DNA from: Myxococcota bacterium
GTDB taxonomy: Bacteria > Myxococcota > XYA12-FULL-58-9 > JALHOP01
DNA length: 49,715 nt
NCBI GenBank assembly: GCA_041288095.1
Contig: JBGGMJ010000086.1
Coordinates: 1 to 49,715, forward strand
Reading direction: 5' to 3'
The position numbers were made by a program, and so were the translations under genes. Of the stretch, positions 45,890-49,715 are shown piece by piece (the first letter of the stretch is position 1; each line of letters opens with the position of its first letter). The notes under the pieces are model-generated. The model had not been told where the DNA came from. It did not search any database and saw only the letters and a list, made by a program, of their open reading frames with translations.

Positions 45890-47008
45890 ATGGTAGTCAT
45901 CGATCCACGCAAAGCAGTGCGCGGACGGGGCGCGGTCAGCAACCCGACCGGGCGCTTCGAGAAGCGACAGCTCACCCCCTTCGACGACGGTTGGGGCGAC
46001 GACATCGACGACCCCGAAGGCGCCGGCGAGAACAGCGCGGTGGGCGAGCCGATGCGCTTGCCGACGACGGTCATCCCCGAGAAGACGCGCCGGGCAATCA
46101 CACGGAACAACTCGCCGGATCTGTCGTTCGATCGGTCGCTCAATCCGTACAAGGGATGTGAGAATGGTTGTGTTTATTGTTTCGCTCGCCCAACCCACGC
46201 CTACGTCGGCCTCTCCCCCGGCATCGACTTCGAAACCAAGATCTTCTCGAAGCCCGATGCTCCCGAGCGGCTGCGTGAAGAGCTGCTGAAGAAGTCGTAT
46301 CACTGCGCGCCCATCACACTCGGTGCGAACACCGATCCGTATCAGCCGGTCGAGCGCGAGCTGAAGATCTCACGGCGGTTGCTCGAAGTGCTGCGCGAGT
46401 TTCGGCATCCGGTGTCGATCATCACCAAGTCGGCGCTGGTGCAGCGCGACGCCGACATCCTCGCCGACATGGCACGAGACAATCTGGCGCAGGTGTTCGT
46501 GTCGACGACGACGCTCGAGAAGAGTCTTGCCCGCATCATGGAGCCGCGCGCGGCGACGCCCGAGAAGAGGCTCGAGACCATCGAGGTGCTCAACAAGGCC
46601 GGCGTGCCGACGCACGTGATGACGGCGCCGATGATTCCGTTCGTGAACGACCACGAGCTCGAGCGCATTCTCGAGGCGGCTTACACGCGGGGAGCACGCC
46701 GCGCCGGATACGTGCTGGTGCGGCTGCCACACGAGCTCAAAGACCTGATCGAAGAGTGGCTCGAGCGGCACTTCCCGGATCGCAAGCAACACGTGCTGAA
46801 TACGATCCGCCAGACACGGGGCGGGCAGCTCTACGAGAGCACGTGGGGCGTTCGCATGACCGGCACGGGTCCGTACGCACAAGCCATCGCGGCACGCTTC
46901 AACGCCGCCTGTCGCAGATTCGGATTCAACCTCGAGCGCACGGAGCTCGATACGACGAAGTTCCGGCCACCCGAGGAGAAGGGAGCGCAGATGGGCCTAT
47001 TCAGGTAG
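45890..47008 (+). CDS. PA0069 family radical SAM protein (SplB-related, DNA-repair associated)
   Basis: RGRGAVSNP.GRF, NNSPD, NPYKGCENGCVYCFARPTH, GANTDPYQP, MEPRA. Confidence 0.9.
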   Translation: MVVIDPRKAVRGRGAVSNPTGRFEKRQLTPFDDGWGDDIDDPEGAGENSAVGEPMRLPTTVIPEKTRRAITRNNSPDLSFDRSLNPYKGCENGCVYCFARPTHAYVGLSPGIDFETKIFSKPDAPERLREELLKKSYHCAPITLGANTDPYQPVERELKISRRLLEVLREFRHPVSIITKSALVQRDADILADMARDNLAQVFVSTTTLEKSLARIMEPRAATPEKRLETIEVLNKAGVPTHVMTAPMIPFVNDHELERILEAAYTRGARRAGYVLVRLPHELKDLIEEWLERHFPDRKQHVLNTIRQTRGGQLYESTWGVRMTGTGPYAQAIAARFNAACRRFGFNLERTELDTTKFRPPEEKGAQMGLFR

Positions 47009-48251
47009 CTCGCTTGCGGCGGGCCGGTGCCTGAGCAGGGGTGAGACCCGCGGCACCGCGCACAGACGTGATGTACAGGCGCAACGTGTGTTGTTGCTCA
47101 TCAGAGAGGTCGGCCAAGGCTGGGTCGTTCGCGAGTAACCGTGTCAGGCTGGAAAGCGCTTCCATGGGAGCGTGCCCGCCAGGGGCTGCGCTCGCGATGA
47201 GGACGTCGCAGGCGGCGCGCACACCGATGAGCGTCTCGGGGGCGCCACGCTGAGCGAGTTGCCGGTACAGGGCCTCGCCTTCAACACCGTGAGACTCCGA
47301 GCCCGCGAGACAGTTGCGCACCAAGGTTTCGGCGGATGCCTCATCGAGATAGGTCCCGACGTTTGGGGCGCGCCGTACCGCTTTCACTAGACGAGCGACG
47401 ACCCGCTCATCCGGGCTCGGTGGTGGCTCGAACGGTGAACGATGGGGTCCCTCGTACTTCAACGCGTCCTGCAGATCGGGGGGCAGGAGGCCGCGAAGAG
47501 CGCGCGCGGCGATACCGCTCCAGAGCGGCTCCCCGTCTTTGCCTCCGCCTTCGATCAGGCCGAACACCTGGGCGATCTCATGCGGCGCGAGACGATACTC
47601 GACGTTGCCTTCGAAGAATCCGTAGCGCCCGATCAGCTCCGGCATCAGGCCCGAAAACGTCATCCTGAGGCCGCGCGACAGATTAACTACGGTGTAGTCA
47701 TGCGGTGTCGAACATCCGTCGGCGAAGGGCGATTGCTGGAACCCACGGTAGGTCACGCGGTGAACCATGAAGGTGGCGCCGTTGAGCTCGAAGATACCCG
47801 CTCTCCTGGTGAAGTCTCGGCCGAGGGCCGCTACCGCATGGTCGAGCAGATGCGCCATCTTCTCGGCGGTCAGCCCGAGCGAGGCGAGGTAGGCACGATC
47901 ACGCTCCAGCACATCGACGAGCCGTTCGTCGTGGCCGAGAAACCCAGACACCGAGGCACGTCCCGGGCGCAGCTGCTCCTCGACCGTGGCCACTCCCACA
48001 CCGTTGATCGCGATCAGCTCGCCGGCGCGATTGCGCGTCAACGTCTCGGCTGGCCCCGGACGCGCGAGCGAGGTCAAGGGAGGGAGCTTGGAGAGCACAT
48101 TCCTCGGCGGCTCGATGACCAGCGCTTCGGGTGAGACACGGGCACGCGACCGCACGGTGCTCGCAGCTCCTCGAGCGACATGGCCTTTCGTCGCAACGAC
48201 CGGGGCGTGCTCACGGTGCCCGATCGGATCTTTGCTGACCCCACGGGTCAC
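47001..48251 (-). CDS. Hypothetical protein with a central globular domain of unknown function
   Basis: GTGA overlap with upstream gene; motif-rich core SGFLG..E.L, YRGFQQSPF, YGFFEG..YRLAP. Confidence 0.6.
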   Translation of the reverse strand: MTRGVSKDPIGHREHAPVVATKGHVARGAASTVRSRARVSPEALVIEPPRNVLSKLPPLTSLARPGPAETLTRNRAGELIAINGVGVATVEEQLRPGRASVSGFLGHDERLVDVLERDRAYLASLGLTAEKMAHLLDHAVAALGRDFTRRAGIFELNGATFMVHRVTYRGFQQSPFADGCSTPHDYTVVNLSRGLRMTFSGLMPELIGRYGFFEGNVEYRLAPHEIAQVFGLIEGGGKDGEPLWSGIAARALRGLLPPDLQDALKYEGPHRSPFEPPPSPDERVVARLVKAVRRAPNVGTYLDEASAETLVRNCLAGSESHGVEGEALYRQLAQRGAPETLIGVRAACDVLIASAAPGGHAPMEALSSLTRLLANDPALADLSDEQQHTLRLYITSVRGAAGLTPAQAPARRKRAT

Positions 48252-49336
48252 TCGTCATCCTGCAAGTACGACGAGCTCGTCTTCCCCTTGTTGAAGCGGC
48301 GCCAAGCGTCGACCCGCGACGGGTCGAGACGGTCGTCACCGTGCTGCTCGTAGTCACCGAGTCGCTTGGGTTTCACCAAACCCAGCTCGACGGCCTTGGT
48401 GACCGCGACGATGCGGATGCGGACGGCGAAGGCGCGCGTCTTCTGCCACGCGCGCACGACACCGGGCTTCATGCGCAGGAGGAAAGGCTTCACGCCTTGG
48501 CGGCGGAGCACGAGCCAGGAATCTCTCGTCGAGGTGACAATCGCATTCGAGACATCGCGCAGCGCGACACCGAGGCGCGACCATGGAGACTCGTCCGCGA
48601 CGCGATCGATGGCGGTCGGTTGGTGCACGAGACCATGATCCGTACCTTCAGGTCGGCCGGCGGCGCGACGGCGGCCGGCGTCACGGTCGTTGCGGGCGCC
48701 TCGATCACCGCGGGCGCTGCGGTCGACGCGCTCGCTGACCGGATCGGTGTCACGCGGGGCGGGGGCGCTTGGCGTCGTCCGCTCCTTGCTGGCAGGGAGG
48801 GCGGGCTCGCGGGCCTCGGGGCGCTCACGGCGGCCGTCGCGCCGCTGCGGATCGCGGCGCGCCGCTTCTTCACGCTGGCGCGCGTCTTCGTCGGCGCGAC
48901 GTTGGCGCCGTGCTTCGACCTCGGCGGCGACGCGCGCCCCGCTCGTCGACGCGGCGTCCGGGATGGGCTCGACGTCTTCGTGACGGCGCGGCAGCGGAGC
49001 GATGACTGTCCGCTCGGGCGCACCGACGACGTCGGGATTCTCGGCTTTACCTTCGCGGTAGACGTCGGTTCGGCGGGGATCGCGCCGGCTCTCGGGTCGC
49101 GCCTGCTTCTTCGCTTCGGGGTACCAACCTTCGGCGAACCCCGGATTCTGCGACAAGTCGAGACGGCGCGTCAGCTCGTTGTTCTGGTTCTCTTGCGGCT
49201 CGGCTGCACGTGGCATCGGCGCAACGGTCGTCGGCTCGAAGGCGTCGTCACGCGACGTCTTCGAATCGCTCGCCGGCATCGGCGACGCGCGGCGGTTGGG
49301 GTTGCGGTCGGCCGGTGCCATGTGTGCCTTGAGCAT
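48248..49336 (-). CDS. Hypothetical largely disordered R/P/D/E-rich protein
   Basis: Long ORF, low-complexity N-terminal two thirds, amphipathic basic C-terminal helices; start uncertain. Confidence 0.55.
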   Translation of the reverse strand: MLKAHMAPADRNPNRRASPMPASDSKTSRDDAFEPTTVAPMPRAAEPQENQNNELTRRLDLSQNPGFAEGWYPEAKKQARPESRRDPRRTDVYREGKAENPDVVGAPERTVIAPLPRRHEDVEPIPDAASTSGARVAAEVEARRQRRADEDARQREEAARRDPQRRDGRRERPEAREPALPASKERTTPSAPAPRDTDPVSERVDRSARGDRGARNDRDAGRRRAAGRPEGTDHGLVHQPTAIDRVADESPWSRLGVALRDVSNAIVTSTRDSWLVLRRQGVKPFLLRMKPGVVRAWQKTRAFAVRIRIVAVTKAVELGLVKPKRLGDYEQHGDDRLDPSRVDAWRRFNKGKTSSSYLQDDE

Positions 49337-49436
49337 ACTCAGCGAAACCCGAGCTGGCCAGCTTACCCGGTCCGGCTTCCCACCTTTCGGCCGTGCCACG
49401 ACCAATGAGCCGCAAGCGTCTCAAGGAGAGAAGAGC

Positions 49437-49715
49437 ATGCGTTGCGCTAGCTTGGCCGTCCTATTTGCCTTCCTTACCACCACGACAGCGGTGTCCCACC
49501 CGGCGGTCGCCGCCGAGGTCGCGACCAACAAAGACCAGACCTATTCGCAGGTCATCCAACGCGTGGTCGCCATGCCCGGCGACGGCGAGCTGCAAGAGCG
49601 CGCCGGCAAGTTCGGCCTCAACGTTCTCGATGTCTTGTGGGAGGACACCGGCCGCGCCGGCGGCTCGGCGATCGGCCCCAACATCAGTGACGTGACCCTA
49701 CAAGTGCGCGAGCCG
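49437..49715 (+). CDS. Secreted hypothetical protein, N-terminal part (truncated by window end)
   Basis: RBS AAGGAG; my translation MRCASLAVLFAFLTTTTAVSHPAVAAEV...WEDTGRAGGSAIGPNISDVTLQVREP; signal peptide; no stop in window. Confidence 0.75.
   Translation, partial: MRCASLAVLFAFLTTTTAVSHPAVAAEVATNKDQTYSQVIQRVVAMPGDGELQERAGKFGLNVLDVLWEDTGRAGGSAIGPNISDVTLQVREP

Noticed and set aside
44807..46960. Perfect 18-bp direct repeat GAGCTCGATACGACGAAG at 44807-44824 and 46943-46960
   Set aside because: Both copies are in-frame ELDTTK within intact genes at family-typical positions, and no integrase is present; coincidence is more likely than att sites.
1..49715. CRISPR arrays, tRNA/rRNA, IS elements, prophage or defence systems
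   Set aside because: No repeat-spacer pattern, cloverleaf, transposase, integrase or nuclease motif seen by eye; a tRNAscan/cmscan run would be needed to exclude small RNAs.

Overview
High-GC chromosomal segment, most consistent with a Myxococcota-type bacterium (inferred from gene content such as a class II DAHP synthase, Cys-rich and CAP lipoproteins and a sigma54-type promoter, not from a marker gene). About 45 densely packed CDSs; I saw no rRNA, tRNA, CRISPR array, integrase or transposase. Recognisable content: kdpD(partial)-kdpE-porin, acyl-CoA dehydrogenase, REC-EAL phosphodiesterase, M20 peptidase, DAHP synthase II, yceI/LysR, acyltransferase, lytic transglycosylase, cdd, a GT4 plus tandem QueD-like pair, MlaC, a TetR/M19/GMC oxidase cluster, LOG and DsbD. 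From about 25.8 to 43.4 kb there is an enrichment of phosphate/polyphosphate genes (HAD, apaH, ppx, ppk1, sixA) ending in a probable glycolipid operon (GT21, PAP2, MGDG-synthase-like GT). Best candidates for something new: (i) this phosphate-economy neighbourhood, (ii) a degenerate GT4 coupled to a tandem QueD-like enzyme behind a structured, SD-sequestering leader, (iii) a 46-aa sORF with an ECF-type promoter divergent from ppk1, (iv) a 30-Cys 18-residue-repeat lipoprotein. All family calls come from motif recognition by eye; no database search was run, and several start codons are best guesses.
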